Shown piece by piece: positions 13,946-27,555 of a stretch of 64,000 nucleotides of DNA. A program made the translations under genes and the position numbers. The first letter of the stretch is position 1; each line of letters starts with the position of its first letter. The notes under the pieces are model-generated. The model saw only the letters and a program-made list of their open reading frames with translations. It searched no databases and was not told where the DNA came from. Location of the stretch: contig CM059446.1 in assembly GCA_030390025.1 (NCBI GenBank), forward strand, positions 4,092,001 to 4,156,000. Reading direction: 5' to 3'. This DNA is from Squalus acanthias (Eukaryota).

Positions 13946-15979
13946 GGCCAGTGGCTCCATTTGTATACAAAGGCACAAATGTCCAATGTAAAAAAAAAAA
14001 AAAAATTTTAAGTCCAAAATTTAATTTTTTGGGAGGTTAATTATGCATTTTAAAACTTCAAATGGTTGATTGTAGGACAAAACAGCTTAAAAAAAACTTG
14101 GTCAAAAATGAAAACCATCAGTTCTTGCCATCCCCAACATTACAGAAAACATAACTTAGCTTAACTTTTAGACATAGATGGTCCTCGGAATCTATATGTA
14201 AAAAATGTGCGCTGGACAGAAAGTTTAATATGCTTGTGACCACAATGCAATTGGTACAAGTCAACACTGGCAGGCATTCATTGGTCCAATGGATTAGAAC
14301 TCAGCTAATTCCCAGTCACTGATCCTTGAGTGAATCTTACCTTTCCTGGTTTTGATTGAGCTGTAGAGAAATGCGCTAGAACATGCTTTTAGTCTAGTCT
14401 CAGATTTTAGCATCAGTTGTTATTCCCCCCCCCTCGCCCCACAGAAAATTTTAATTTGAGCCCTCAAAAATCTTACAACTGGTCAGCGTTTCAAAATCAT
14501 TTTGGTGTCATAATGCCACATCATTCAAAGTGGCTATTTGTTGAAGTCGTTTCAATAGGTTAAGTTTAGTGAAGACATTATGGTCCTGAAATTACACCAT
14601 AGGATACTGGCATATCAACACAGCAGATTTAGTGGAGTGCACTTGGGCCCTCTGTGGAGACAAAGGCACGTGTGTGGGGAAAATTACAGTTTAAAAAACA
14701 GATAATGACTTGAACCAATTCAAGTTTGTCAAGCACTTGTATTTTGTTTCCCCATCAGCAACTGCACAGTCACTCGGTAACCGGCTTTTAAGAGGGGAAA
14801 TACGATTGCAGCCAAGTGCACATAGATTTCTATTGCCCTCCCCCTTTTAAAAGTAAAACAAAAAACCATGAAGCAGCACAGATATTCTGCATACGGCAGC
14901 AACTCTTCAGTGTTAAACGAACATTCTGCCAAAGAAATGACGGGCATCAAGCAAGTGATGGTAATCGTTACATGAGCATAAAACAAAAGAGAATCAGTTC
15001 AGAGTTATGCACATGTGGCAGTTCTTCAGAATAGCCAAGCACGAACAGGAGTTTGGTGTTGAATAAAACTCCATTGTAGGATGCTTGCCATGTCGCAGCC
15101 ACAAGTGCTTGTCCATCTAATGCCTTTCCTGTGGAGCCAGCTGTGTTGTATGTGGTGCAAAGCTATCCACAGAAGGCAGAGAGCAATCCCTAGCATTCTA
15201 GCACTGATCATAATGTTTCTATTAATTAGCAGCAAAACAATCTGTACTCTGCACCGTCAAGAGGTGGAATTTTAACTCTGCAACTTGATACAACCATTAA
15301 CATAAGGAAAACCCAAATTGCACCAAATTAAATCATGCATGCTTCCTAATACGATTGTTTCAATTGGTTTGAATGAACCTATAATCCTTTTTTCCCCTCC
15401 ACGCTCATTCACTCAGCCATGACTAAATTCTTATTTCTGTTCATACAGTATTTCTTCTTTCTTTCATTAATGAGAAAGGTTAAGTCAAGAGGGGGTGGGA
15501 GGGGGTTAAAAAAAATATTTCTAATACAAAGTACTCCCCCATTTTGCTGGATAAAGATAGACTTATCAAAATCTGGTTCCATTTTTAGTGCTTTTTAAGC
15601 ATGCTTGCCTGCTGGAGGACACCAGAGGTCAAGCCTTCTCCCCCTCCCCCCACTAGGCAACTCCATGATGTCATTGACTAGGAGGCTCCATATGTCCTCG
15701 AGCAGCTCCACGGGAAGCAATTGGACCCACGATTTAGACCAGCCAGACAGGTACTCAACCAGGGGAACTTGTCGTATCGGCTGAAGCTGCAGAAGACCCA
15801 GGGAACAGAATTCCAACTCTAACCCCCACCCCGTGTCCCATGGCTCCAGATTAGTTCTCAGGCCAGCTTAAAGTCAGAGTCCCAGCAAGGAGGGTGGTAG
15901 AGCCTGCAGAGCAGCAAGAAAAATTACTTCTTTTAAAAACTTTCAAATCATATTTCTCTTAGCCTAGCTTTAACTCGTG

Positions 15980-16760
15980 AAAGATTTGCTGATAACAAAG
16001 CCTTGGTAGCAAATACTATAACGTGAACGGACTACAGTTGTTGGTAGGTAGCCTGAATGCTGCAGCAATGGATTATGGAATGAAGATCAATGTAGGTAAG
16101 ACCAAAGTTATGAAGGTATCTAGAAATGCAGATGAAAGAGTGAGCATTTTAATAAACGGGGAACAGTTGGATCAGGGTCAATATCTGGGCAGTATGGTGA
16201 CTGAAGATGGCATATGCCAAGGAGGGGAGAGCTAGGATTACAATGGGAAAAGTTGCATTCAATAGAAAGAGGATATTGAGTGGATAACTCAATAGAGAAC
16301 TGAAGAAAAGACGAGTGAAGAGTTGATATGGAGTTTGGTACTGAGGGGTGTTGAAACATGGATGTGGAGGAAAGAGGAGGTCAGACTTCGAGAGAATTTT
16401 GAGATGTGGGTTTGGAGATGCATTGAGGGAGTAAAGTGGATAAATAAGGAAAGTACTGAGGTGGTGCTGGAAACGATACAAGAAAAACATAGTTTGATTT
16501 TTGTCATCAGAAAAAGGCAAATTAAATTGTTTAGACATGTGCTGAAATGGGATGGGAAGTGGAAAGAGGTATTGCAAGGACAGATGGAAGGAAAAAGACC
16601 AAGAGGGAGGAAAAGTAGGATGTTTCTGGACAACCTTAAGAATGGGAGATCATCTGGCAAACTGAAGAGAGAAGCACAAGACAGAGCGGTTTGGAGAAGG
16701 GAAAACTGACCAGAACCTGCCTTTGGCAGATCACTTATGATGGTGATCTTTATCCGCCAT
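15980..16760 (+). mobile_element. RTE/RTE-X LINE 3' part, degenerate
   Basis: RFADNK..., YGMKINVGKTKVM, YLGSMVTEDG, GVETW, FEMWVWR, EGKRPRGR and AQDRAVWR motifs across frameshifts. Confidence 0.8.
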
Positions 16761-16904
16761 GACATGGAGCAATGCCATTAAAACAAAAACAAGTGAGTGA
16801 ATCTGGGCCTACTGGCATCTGTGCGCCTGGTTTCCTGATCCTCTTGGATGCAGTGGGCCCATATCCAGAACTGTTTTGAAGATCTCTAATATTTTTCATA
16901 ATAG

Positions 16905-17360
16905 GTGCCGGCCTTGGCTCAGTGGTAGCACTTTCCCTCCAAGTCAGAAGGTTGTGGTTTCAAGCCCCACTCCGCACACTTAAGCACATAATCCAGGCTG
17001 ACACTTCAGTGCAATAAAAGTGCTGCTTTATCGGGAGGTGCCGTATTTCGAATGTTACGTTAAACTGAGGCTCAGTTTGCCCTCTAAGGTGGACATAAAA
17101 GATCCCATGACACTATTCCAAGAGTTGGGGAGTTTTCCCAGTATCCTGGCCAATATTTATCCCTAAACCTACATCACAAACAGATTATCTGGTCATTATC
17201 CCATTACTGTTTGTGGGAGCTTGCTGCGCACATTGGCTGCCACGTTTCCCACATTACAACAGTGACTACACTTCAAAAGAACTTCATTGGCTGTAAAGCG
17301 TTTTGGGGCGCCCTGAGGTCATGAAAGGCGCTATATAAATGCAAGTTCACTCTTTCTTTC
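16905..17360 (+). mobile_element. tRNA-derived SINE with Deu-like central domain (SacSINE1-like)
   Basis: A-box-like tggctcagtgg and B-box-like ggtttcaagccc, then cagattatctggtcattatc...attggctgtaaagcg...ctatataaatgcaagt. Multiple copies in the window. Confidence 0.75.
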
Positions 17361-18097
17361 TTAATCCTCCAGTAAAAGATTTTCCATTTGCTTACTAATC
17401 GAGGACCTTAACCAGAAAGGACCACTCTGGCAAATCCACAGATCAGATAGTAAAGATACACTCAGTCTTGAATGCAAACAGAGCAGCATACCACGGACTG
17501 TAAAATATGTTTGCGAATAAAGAGCATCCACTGCAATGTCCTGCTGCTGCACAACGGTCTGGGCAAGTCCCCGAGTACTAAGAAAAAGTACATCCTTGAC
17601 AGCGCAATGCAGGAAAATGGACCCTTATTACAAATGTCCTATCCAATACATTCGGTTACAGCCATTCACATTTAAAGGAAGCCCCAAATGATGTACAGTT
17701 TGCCGCATAACACCGGCTGTTAATGCCAAGTAATCTCCTTGGGCAGGGGTTTTGAGGTAACAAGTGGGGTACCTGATGGGGCAGTCTTGGAATCCTTGTT
17801 ATATATTCATAATTTGGATGAGAGAGCATCACGAATAAAAACCCCAAGCTTGCAAATGATACTGAAATAGGAGGCAGAGCAAATAATGTGAACAATGCAA
17901 CCAGATTCAAAATGTTTAGTACAAGAGCAAGGAACCAGGAAAGGCAATATATGATAAACGGTTAGGTGGTACAGCAGTTAAACCAGGTAAAAGACTTTTG
18001 GATTACGGTGGGTAAATCAATGAAACTGGTGTATTGCTAAGCCATACAGACCAGAAGGGCTCATGCCTAATTCTTGAGTGGTGCTGATTTAGTTAGG

Positions 18098-18530
18098 GCT
18101 GAGTCATAAGGTTGTGGGTTCAAGTCCCACTCCAGGGCTTGAGTGCAAAAATCTAGGCTGACACTCAGTATAGTACCAAGGGAGTGCTGCACTCTCGGAG
18201 GTGCCATCTTTCGGATGAGACGTTAAACCAAGGCCCTGTCTGCCCTCTCAGGCGGACGTAAAAGATCCCATGGCACTATTTCGAAGAAGAGCAGGGGAGT
18301 TATCCCCAGTGTCCTGGCCAATATTTATCCCTCAGCCAACATCAGTAAAACAGATTATCTGGTCATTATCACATTGCTGTTTGTGGGAGCTTGCTGTGCA
18401 CAAATTGGCTGCCACATTTCCTATGTTACAACAGTGACGACACTTCAATAGTATTTCATTGGTTATAAAGCACTTTGGGACGTCCGGTGATCGTGAAAGG
18501 CGCTACATAAATGCAAGTCTTTCTTTTCTT
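18098..18530 (+). mobile_element. Same Deu-like SINE family, nested in an older SINE (18040-18660)
   Basis: Highly similar to 16905-17360. B-box ggttcaagtcc. Confidence 0.75.
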
Positions 18531-20498
18531 TAACCTCAGTTGACGCAGCAGTTGGGATGCTACAATTCACTTCAATATGCCCTAGACATGGGAGGGGAAA
18601 ATCAACTTGGATTCCCAATCCTAATCACCGTCCTATGACTCCTGCTGGAAAGTGTGGATGAGAACAACAACTCGCCTTTATATAGCACATTTAACGTAAT
18701 AAAACGTCCCAAAGCGCTTCACAGGAACGTTATCAAACAAAACTTGGCATTGAGACACAGGAGATATTAGGACAGGTGACTAAAAGTAGGTTGCAAGGCA
18801 ACTGAAGGCACAACAGCCAACAATGGAGCTATGAAAATCAAGGATGCATAAGGGGCCAGAATTGGAGGAGCGGAGATCGCGGCGGGGTGTAGGGTTGGAA
18901 GAGGTGACAGAGATAGGGAGAGTGGTCAAAGTGTATTACAATAACCAATCACCAAATCAGCCCAAGGCACCACACTCAGTAACAGGAAATATTGAAGAAC
19001 CTATTTTAACAGCACTAAGATTGAAGTATACACTATGATCACTGAAATGCCAAGGAACAGACAGTACCAAGTTACCAACAGTTAAGTGAAATTTGCTTTG
19101 AAAGCATGAAGACTGGTTCTTTATGGTACTGAGCTAGGCCAATGCTCAAGAAAGCAGCGAGTTTGTCTGCCACTTGGAGAATGCAGTCTCTACTGATGTC
19201 ATAGGGGTCAACCAAAGATCTAGTCATAGGGGTCAACCAAAGATCTACCTTATTCTGAAGGAACCAGATCTCTTAGTATAGTGGGTCATCACCAACTTAT
19301 CTAGTTCGAAGTTTACTCCACTGGGTGATGCCAAGCTCCAGAATCATTTCTTGACAGTGGAGATAAACTCAGGAAAAATGTGAGAAACACAGGGCAATAG
19401 TTCATACAATGCTTTGAAAAGAGACGACAAGAATGATAGTCAACGGTGAAAAATACCCTTGTATCTGAACATCACTTGAAGCCATTAGAGAAAGATCAAA
19501 TCGGAAAAATAAAACCAAGCCTTCGACGTGCTTCAGTAGCAGTGTGTCAATGGGAAAGGAACTGAACAACACTTGGCAAGACACAGACAATGCTGTGACC
19601 AACGGGTCTCTCTCACGATCTTGCTCACATCAACATCATTCAAAGAAACAAACCCCCTAAACCATGACCATTATTTTAGAATCTTAAAAATGAATCCAAC
19701 AAGTATAGTCTAGACAACATACATCTATTTTTAACCTGGGTTTGTTTATCCAGCATAAACATTATAAAACTCTATTAAATGTGTGCTATGCTACAGTAAG
19801 CATCTGCTCTGCGATTTGCAGCACCGAAGCACAGCGCTGTGCAGGTGGGTCAGGGATTACGGGCAGCACTTTGCACAGAGATACCACCAGGCAACACACA
19901 GGAGCAAACTGTGCACCGCTGGAACACTGCTTAACATTTACACTGCCTCGCTCACTTCATTACAATTTTTGGTTAAATAATGAACAGACCATGTTACCAC
20001 TTCCTAAGGGAGTCTGAAAATTATAAATAAACTCTGAAAGCCATAAAATGGGAAAAAGAGATAATATTGACAAATCTAAAGAACACTACTTCACAATGGA
20101 TATTTCTACCACACCTGATCAAATATTTTAGTTCCGAGTCTCAGCACAGAATGAAAAAAAAAAGGCATTTCAAACCAAGTTGAAATTTATTACAATGCAG
20201 CTCACAGGATTAGAAGAATTTGCTGAATATATTCGACTAACCTTAAAAAAGACTAACCTTCAAGAGAATATTAACTTCACGAACATACTAGAGAAATGCA
20301 CATTACAAATCATGACATTTATTTGCTTTTTAAATGTTGATTTCGGCAACTGTATTTACATTGTGCACAGAAATACAAATTTTCTGAACAGGAAATGATA
20401 TGCAACACCTCAAGATATAAAGTTTGATTGAGATGACCTTTAAAATGTTTGATGCACAATTTGCTCAGTCTAATAGTTATCAATGAACTAGTAGGTAC

Positions 20499-20565
20499 CT
20501 GTTATATTGTTCAACACTTCTTTGAGATGGTTGAAACTATTTAGAAGTGGGTCTTGCTCTTCATC
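20499..20565 (-). CDS. GBF1: GBF1 second coding exon (DEEQDPLLNSFNHLKEVLNNIT, ends phase 1)
   Basis: 67 nt bounded by ttttatttcag and gtacct. In frame with the previous exon. Matches the vertebrate GBF1 segment DEERDPLLHSFGHLKEVLNSIT. Not in the ORF track. Confidence 0.95.
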
Positions 20566-22109
20566 CTGAAATAAAAACATATAAAGTATGAAAATATAGA
20601 TTATAAACAATTATTCTGATTTAAGGAATATTTATTTCCTGTCAGGACATGAAAATCAAAGGGAGGAATGTGCTATTCAGAACTTGAAGTACCTAGTCAT
20701 ATCCAGTACATTGCTTCATACTCTTCCCAATTCTTTCCCAGCTGAAGTACAGTAAATCCTAGTTATAACAGATGTTTGATTGCTACCTAACTTAGCTAAT
20801 GAGTTTTCAAACTGGGAAATCTGACTGTGAACCAAAGGCAACATGTTGCAAGATTGAACATCACACAAACTACACTGCGTGGTGATACCAGCAAATTTTA
20901 AGCTTGCTGCCACAAAAAAAATGAAATCTATAATCTTCCCATGGGCAATGTTCAATTGAGAGCAAGACTTTCTGACCACGTTGTCTGGCAGTCAATGCAG
21001 ATGTGACCATTGATGCTTCATAGTCAGACTGCTTCTTTAAAAACACGGTACATTGGGAATTCTAAAAAAGCCTAGCAGCCCCTGAGTGAGCTACCTCGGT
21101 CAGAACTGAACTTTCTGTTGCGAGCTCACACTCAAAATGAACTACATTGAAATGGTCCACATTCATTTTAGTGGTATCCGCTTCAGTTGAGGCCAGATTC
21201 ATAGATTTGACGACAAATGCAACAGAAGCATTCAATTGCAGACATGCTGACCACTAACTACATTGGTAGGAGCAATGCCTCATTTTGTTAGCTCCAATCC
21301 AAGAGGAGCAGGAACGCGCCTCAGAATCTTTTTCACAGCATGATGTCACATTGTCGTGAAGTGACAGCTTACCCAGCAGCACAAGTTCAAGCCTTGGACT
21401 GAAAAATCACACATCAAAATTTCCATACCAATAGCAGTGGTCATACACCCTGGATAACTGTTTCTACCAAATCTTGTAGCACCATTATTACTACCGTCAT
21501 CATGGGAATGTTGAACATCCCAGGCATACGAGAAGCGTTATACAAATCTAAGTTGTGGCCTCTGTGAATGGTGGTGACAGTACTCCAAGCTTCTGAAGAA
21601 TTAACTGTGTGCACAATTGTAGTGCATCAAGCATATAAACCTAAGCAATCATAGTCTGTACTACAAGGTAATTGTAACCACTGTATTGGAACTCTCTTCC
21701 ACAAAAAGCAGTAGATGCTATCTCAATTAATAATTTTTAATCTGAAATTGATAGATTTTTGCTAGCCAAGGGTATGAAGGGATATGGCGCCAAGGCAGGT
21801 AGATGGAGTTAAGGAACAGATCAGCCATGATCGCACTGAATGGCAGAAAAGGCTCCAGAGGATGAATGACCTCCTCCTGTTCCTATATATTAGACCCCTT
21901 ATAAGCACAAATGTAGGTTTATCATTTAAATCGTCAAAGCCGCTTTCAAACCAAGGTCCTAAATGTGAAAGGTAAGAGAGGTCTGAACCACATCAATCAC
22001 TTCCCTCCCAAAAGTATTGTGAATATTTCAACAGCAATTTGTTTTCTGGGGTTGGAAGAGCTGCAAGTTAACACCTTGGCTGTTAATGACTGGCATTAAC
22101 CTAATTAGA

Positions 22110-23920
22110 ATCACAGAATAGAATCAGAGAATGGTTACAGCACAGTAGGGGGCCATTTCGGCCCGTCGAGACCATGCCGGCTCTCTGCAAGAGCACTTCA
22201 GCTAGTCCCGCTCCCCCGCCCTTTCTCCGTAGCCCTGCAATTTTTTTTCCTGCAGGTACTTATCCAATTCCCTTTTGAAAGCCATGATTGAATCTGCCTC
22301 CACCACCCTTTCAGGCAGTGCATTCCAGATCCGAACCACTCGCTGCGTAAAAAAGTTTTTTCTCATGTCGCCTTTGGTTCTTCTGCCAATCACCTTAAAT
22401 CTGTGCCCTCTGGTTCTGGACCCTTTCGCCAATGGGAACAGTTTCTCTCTATCTACTCTGTCTCAACCCCTCATGATTTTCAACACCTCTATCAAATCTC
22501 CCCTCAACGGAGAACAACCCCAATTTCTCCAGTCTATCCACATAACTGAAGTCCCTCATCCCTGGAACCATGCTCGTAAATCTTTTCTGCACCCTCTCTA
22601 AGGCCTTCACACCCTTCCTAAAGTGCGGTGCCCAGAATTGGACACAACACTCCAGGTGAAGCCAAGCCAGTGTTTTATAAAGGTTGGTCATAACTGCTTT
22701 GCTTTTGTACTCTATGCCTCTATTTATGAAGCCCAGGATCCTGTATGCTTTTTTAACCGCTTTCTCAACCTGCTCTACCACCTTCAACAATTTGTGCACA
22801 TATACCCCCAGGTCTCTCTGCTCAAGCACCCTCTTTAGAATTGTATCCTTTAGTTTATATTGCCTCTCCTCGTTCTTCCTACCAAAATGTATCACTTTGC
22901 ACTTTTCTGCATTAAATTTCATCTGCCACGTGTCCGCCCATTCCACCAGCCTGTCTATGTCCTCTTGAAGTCCATCACTATCCTCCTCACTGATCCCTAT
23001 ACTTCCAAGTTTTGTCTCAACTGCAAATTTTGAAATTGTGCCCTGTACACCCAAGTCTAAGTCATTAATATACATCAAGAAAAGCAGTGGTCCCCTGGGG
23101 AATCCCACTGTGTACCTTTCTCCAGTCCGATAAACAACCGTTTACCACTACTCTCTGCTTCCGGTCACTTAGCCAATTTCGTATCCATGCTGACACTGTC
23201 CCTTTTATTCCATGGGCTTCTACTTTGCTTGCAAGCCTATTATGTGGCACTTTAATCAAACGCCTTTTGGAAGTCCATGTACACCACATCAACCACACTG
23301 CCGTCATCAACAATCTCTGTTACCTCATCAAAAAACTCAATCAAGTTAGTTAAACACGATTTGCCTGTAACAAATACATGCTGGCTTTCCTTAATTAATC
23401 CACACTTGTCCAAGTGACTGTTGATTTTGTCCCCAATTATCATTTCTAAAAGCTTTCCCACTACCAAGGTTAAACTGACTGGCATGTAGTTGCTGGGTTT
23501 ATCCTTACACCCTTTTTTGAACAAGGGTGTAACTTTTGCAATTCTCCAGTCCTCTGGTACCACCCCTGTATCCAAGGAGGATTGGAAGATTATGGCCAGT
23601 ACCTCCGCAATTTCCACCTTTACTTCCCTCAGCATCCTAGAATGCATCACATCCGGTCCTGGTGACTTATCTACTTTAAGTACAGCCAGCCTTTGTAGTA
23701 CCTCCTCTATCAATTTTTATCCCATCCAGTATCTCAACTAACTCCTCTTTCACTATGACTTTGGCAGCATCTTCTTCCTTGGTGAAGACAAATGCAAAGT
23801 ACTCATTTAGTACCTCAGCCATGCCCTCTGCCTCCATGCGTAGGTCTCCATTTTGGTTACTAATCGGCCACATCCCTCCTCTTACTACCCATTTACTATT
23901 TATATGCCTGCAGAAGACTC
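22110..23920 (-). mobile_element. CR1-clade LINE, 5'-truncated ORF2 (RT) plus 3' tail
   Basis: DKSPGPD, VPEDWRIA.VTPLFKKG, SCLTNLIEFF, VDVVYMDFQKAFD, PLLFLMYINDLD, WQMKFNAEKC, NFFTQRVVRIWNALP. Frameshifted. Confidence 0.95.
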
Positions 23921-24019
23921 ACACACAGAGTGTTCTTTGTAAATTTGTTCACTGACTCCAACTTTCACATTACAATCATGCCATCAGGGAAGGTGTTCTA
24001 ACAGCAGCTGAACATCTGT

Positions 24020-24960
24020 CATAACGGCACAGAGGAGGCCATTCAGCCCATCGAGTCCGCGCCACTCTCTGTAGAGCGATCCAGTCAGTCCCATTCCCCC
24101 GCTCTATCCCTGTAGCCCTGCAAGTTTATTTCCCTCAAGTGCCTATCCAGTCTCCCCTTGAAAACATTGAGTGACTCCACTTCCACCGGCAGCGAATTCC
24201 AGGTCATCACCACTCGCTGTGTCAAAAAGTTTTTCCTCACATCCCCCTGTATCTCTTGCCCAAAACCTTAAATCTGTGTCCCCTAGTCCTTGTACCATCA
24301 ACTAGTACAACCTTTCCCCGTCTAGCCTATCCAAACCAGTCATAATCTTGTACACCTCTATCAAATCACCCCTCAACATCCTTTGCTCTAATGAAAACAA
24401 ATCCAGCTTCTCCAACCTGTCTTTGTAGCCAAGATCCCCCATCCCTGGAATCATTCTGGTAAATCTCCTCTGCACCCTCTCAAGGGCCTTCACATCCTTC
24501 CTGAAGTGTGGTGACCAGAACTGGATGCAATACTCCAGTTGTGGCCTAACCAGCGCTTTATAAAGGTTCAGCATAACTTCTCTACTTTTGTACTCAATAC
24601 CTCTATTTATGAAGCCCAAGATCCCATATGCTTTGTTAACCACTCTCACTATGTCCTGACACCTTCAGGGACCTATGCACATTAACTCCCAGGTCCCTCT
24701 GTCCCTGCACACTCTTTAAAACTGTGCCATCAAGTGTATATTGCCTCTCCCTGTTCCTTCTGCCAAAATGCACCACCTCACACTTCTCTCTATTAAATTC
24801 CATCTGCCACTTGTCTGCCCATTCTGCTATCCTTTCTATGTCCTGTTGCAGTCGATTAATATCATCACTGTTTGCCACACCCCCAAGTTTGGTGTCATCA
24901 GCAAATTTAGAAATTCTATTCTGTATTCCAATATCCAGGTCATTTATATACATCAAAAAA
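24020..24960 (-). mobile_element. Second CR1 LINE 3' fragment
   Basis: YINDLD..ISKFADDTKLGG, RPQLEYCIQFWSP, LERVQRRFTRMIPG. Confidence 0.93.
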
Positions 24961-25514
24961 GCAGAGGAACGTACCTCTCAAAAAATAACGATAGGTCTAA
25001 CTAGCTGTCCAATTGGTCTACAAATGATGCAAACACTGCATGACAGTTTGCAGCCACTACACAGCAATGTGACATACAAGTGACTTGTCAAAAAACATCT
25101 GGCACCCACCTGGTGCCACAGTTAAGTAACAAGCACGCAGCAGATACATCACAGTAAAACTACTATGACATACCTGATACGGCCTTGTTGTTTTGCTCTC
25201 CCCCAGAAACACAGTCTGCAGCAACAAAGGAAATGGAAAACAAAGCGGTAAAAAAAAATAGAATGAAGAAGCAAAGAGCTAGACAGGTCGGCTGAGAAAA
25301 GATAGCATCTTCCAATTCGTTTCATAACGTGACCATCATCCATAAAAACTTGTGCGAGACACACTCAACTAATGTCCACCTTCATGTTGAAAAACAAATC
25401 AGAGACCCAATTGTTAGAAACTATCAGCTCTAAAATTCCAAACCGTTTATGCCATCTAGCATCACACGTTAGAAGTTAAAAAGTTTTTTTTTGGTTTTTT
25501 TTTTAAAAGCAGTC

Positions 25515-25735
25515 TAAAAGGTCCCAGGTTCGATCCCCGCTCTGCGCCGAGTTAGCTGATATCACCCAGGGCAGAAATTGGGGCACTCCAATTGGCCTCA
25601 ATGCCGAGGTCAGGCAAGCAATGAATACAAAGATAAGATCAGCCAGGATTTCGATTCCGGATTGGCACTCAGTGGTCCTTGCTGGAAAGTATTTTTGTGT
25701 AGACATCAGGCAAGAATAGGATTGGGATTCTCAGG
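25515..25735 (+). mobile_element. Unclassified old tRNA-like SINE
   Basis: B-box ggttcgatccc. The body gagttagctgat...tcagccagg...cagtg..cc.tgctggaaagt recurs near 18040-18660 and 59545-59780. Confidence 0.55.
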
Positions 25736-26805
25736 ATTGATACTCCTCATCTAGGCCCACATATAAAGAACTACAATTGGGCCGTGGCACAGGAGGGACA
25801 AGCGCCAATGGAAACCTAGCCTCGCAAGAGTGAGCACCTGTATATTCAAGGCTGAGATAGATAGATTTTTGGAGTCATGGGGAATCAAGGGATATGGGGA
25901 TCGGGCGGGAAAGTGGACTTGAGGTAGATTAGCCATGATCTTATTGAATGGCAGAGCAGGCTCGAGGGGCCGTATGGCCGACTCCTGCTCCTATTTCTTA
26001 TGTTCACGAGGAGCAGAGAAAAGGAGAGAAAAATTCATAATGAAATATTTTAAAGGTAAAGGAACAAAGAATTAAACATGCATGTTACTTATCAGTAAGA
26101 AAACTAGAAAAGTGAGCTGCACATTGCTGTTACATCACAATGTAGCAACAATTTAACTGTAAGATCCAACATCAAGCAAAAAAAAATTCCAACACAGAAA
26201 GTTATGATAGTCCTGGGCAAAGTAATTCAAATGTGATCAAAAGCAGACAAACTGACTGCGTATAGAAATGTTTCAGTGCAAACTGTGCTGAAAGATTTTT
26301 CTCTTGCCGACTAAAATGAACACTTACCTATTTTGGCCTTCAAGAAACCATCATTTGAGAACCTCTTTATAAAATAAAAAGGTAAGTGTTTGTTTTCCTG
26401 TTTTTTGGCATTGCAGAAACTTATTTTTAATATCCAAGGTTACCATCAAACAAGCTTAAAGGGCACTGCTGGGTCACCTAACTTATCTGTAAATACCTGA
26501 AATTACATTTTTGTATTGTTATATTTCTGGTTACTCTTTCGTTTTACAGCAATTCCCCCTCATGATTGTTGTTCTCTACTTGTTCTGTTATCTGCACTTG
26601 CAGAGATTAAACCAGGGATTAACAATGACCCTAATTGAAGTAATATGAATTTAATGCAGTCTCACACGGCCACCACTCTCACTTTGGACTGTTGGATATT
26701 GAATACAGCAGATTTTACAGCTTAAAATAACCAACATTGATTTAAACTTCCATTGATATATTAAATAAATGCTAAACCGTACAATCGGAAAAAATTCCCA
26801 AAAGA

Positions 26806-27555
26806 CAATGGCCCAGAAATTGATCTCGCTCTGTTCCCGCGGGGGTAAGGAGCAGGCGCGATCTCTCACTCCGCGTTGGCTTTTTCAGATCCAGCTCGCA
26901 CGAACTTGATGTTCCAGACATCAGCTGGGCAGTGCTTGCGTATCCCACCGGCGTAGTGAATTCGTGCGAGCTGTGGGATCACGTGACTCAGTTAGAGCCA
27001 ATGGCAGCACACCATCTTCCATTCATAAGTTTCACATACGTGCTGTGAAAGCTATGAATCTTACACCCCCCCCAAAATAACAGCTAAACCTCAATTAAAT
27101 TTAAAAAAAACATCACATTAATAAAATAAGTACAGTTAAATAAATTAACCATTTTAAATAAAAAATTAAATTTTTGAAAAAATTTAAAATCTTTTAAAAA
27201 GTTATAAAAATAAACTTACCTGTCTTTAAAGTCTCTAAAAAAGATATACCTGTTAAAAAAAATTCAAAAAAATACTTAATTCACTACTTACCTTGTTAAA
27301 AGTGGGTCTTACTCCTCCTTTTTCCATTTCTAAAATCTTCCGTCCTTACCTGCGCGTCCAAAGCACTAAGTGCACAGCGTGCGCGCAGCCTGTAGCGCGC
27401 ACGCGGTGCACCGAGGAACCGCCCCCTTTTCCAAAGACCAAGTGCCGGTTTTCAGCGCATGCGCAGTGCATGCAGAAAACCGGCAATTGGAGAGAGAATA
27501 CGCGAGAGTACGCAGTGCGTACTCTCGCGCAGCGGGATCAATTTTTGGCCCATTG
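26806..27555. mobile_element. Non-autonomous DNA transposon (MITE, possibly PIF/Harbinger-like)
   Basis: Imperfect 25-bp TIRs: caatggcccagaaattgatctcgct versus the reverse complement of the right end, caatgggccaaaaattgatcccgct. CpG-rich ends, AT-rich core, no ORF. Confidence 0.75.

Noticed and set aside
16905-16980. tRNA genes suggested by A/B-box motifs (also at 30090 and 25515)
   Set aside because: No complete cloverleaf. The motifs run directly into multi-copy SINE bodies.
285-20498. Further GBF1 coding exons
   Set aside because: I could not find the expected next peptide (LSEIEPNVFLRPFLEVIRSEDTTG-like) by eye. It probably lies beyond the left edge, but a tblastn is needed to be sure.
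3440-24960. Reverse-transcriptase ORFs as an active or domesticated RT system
   Set aside because: All are 5'-truncated, frameshifted fragments of ordinary RTE/CR1 LINEs.
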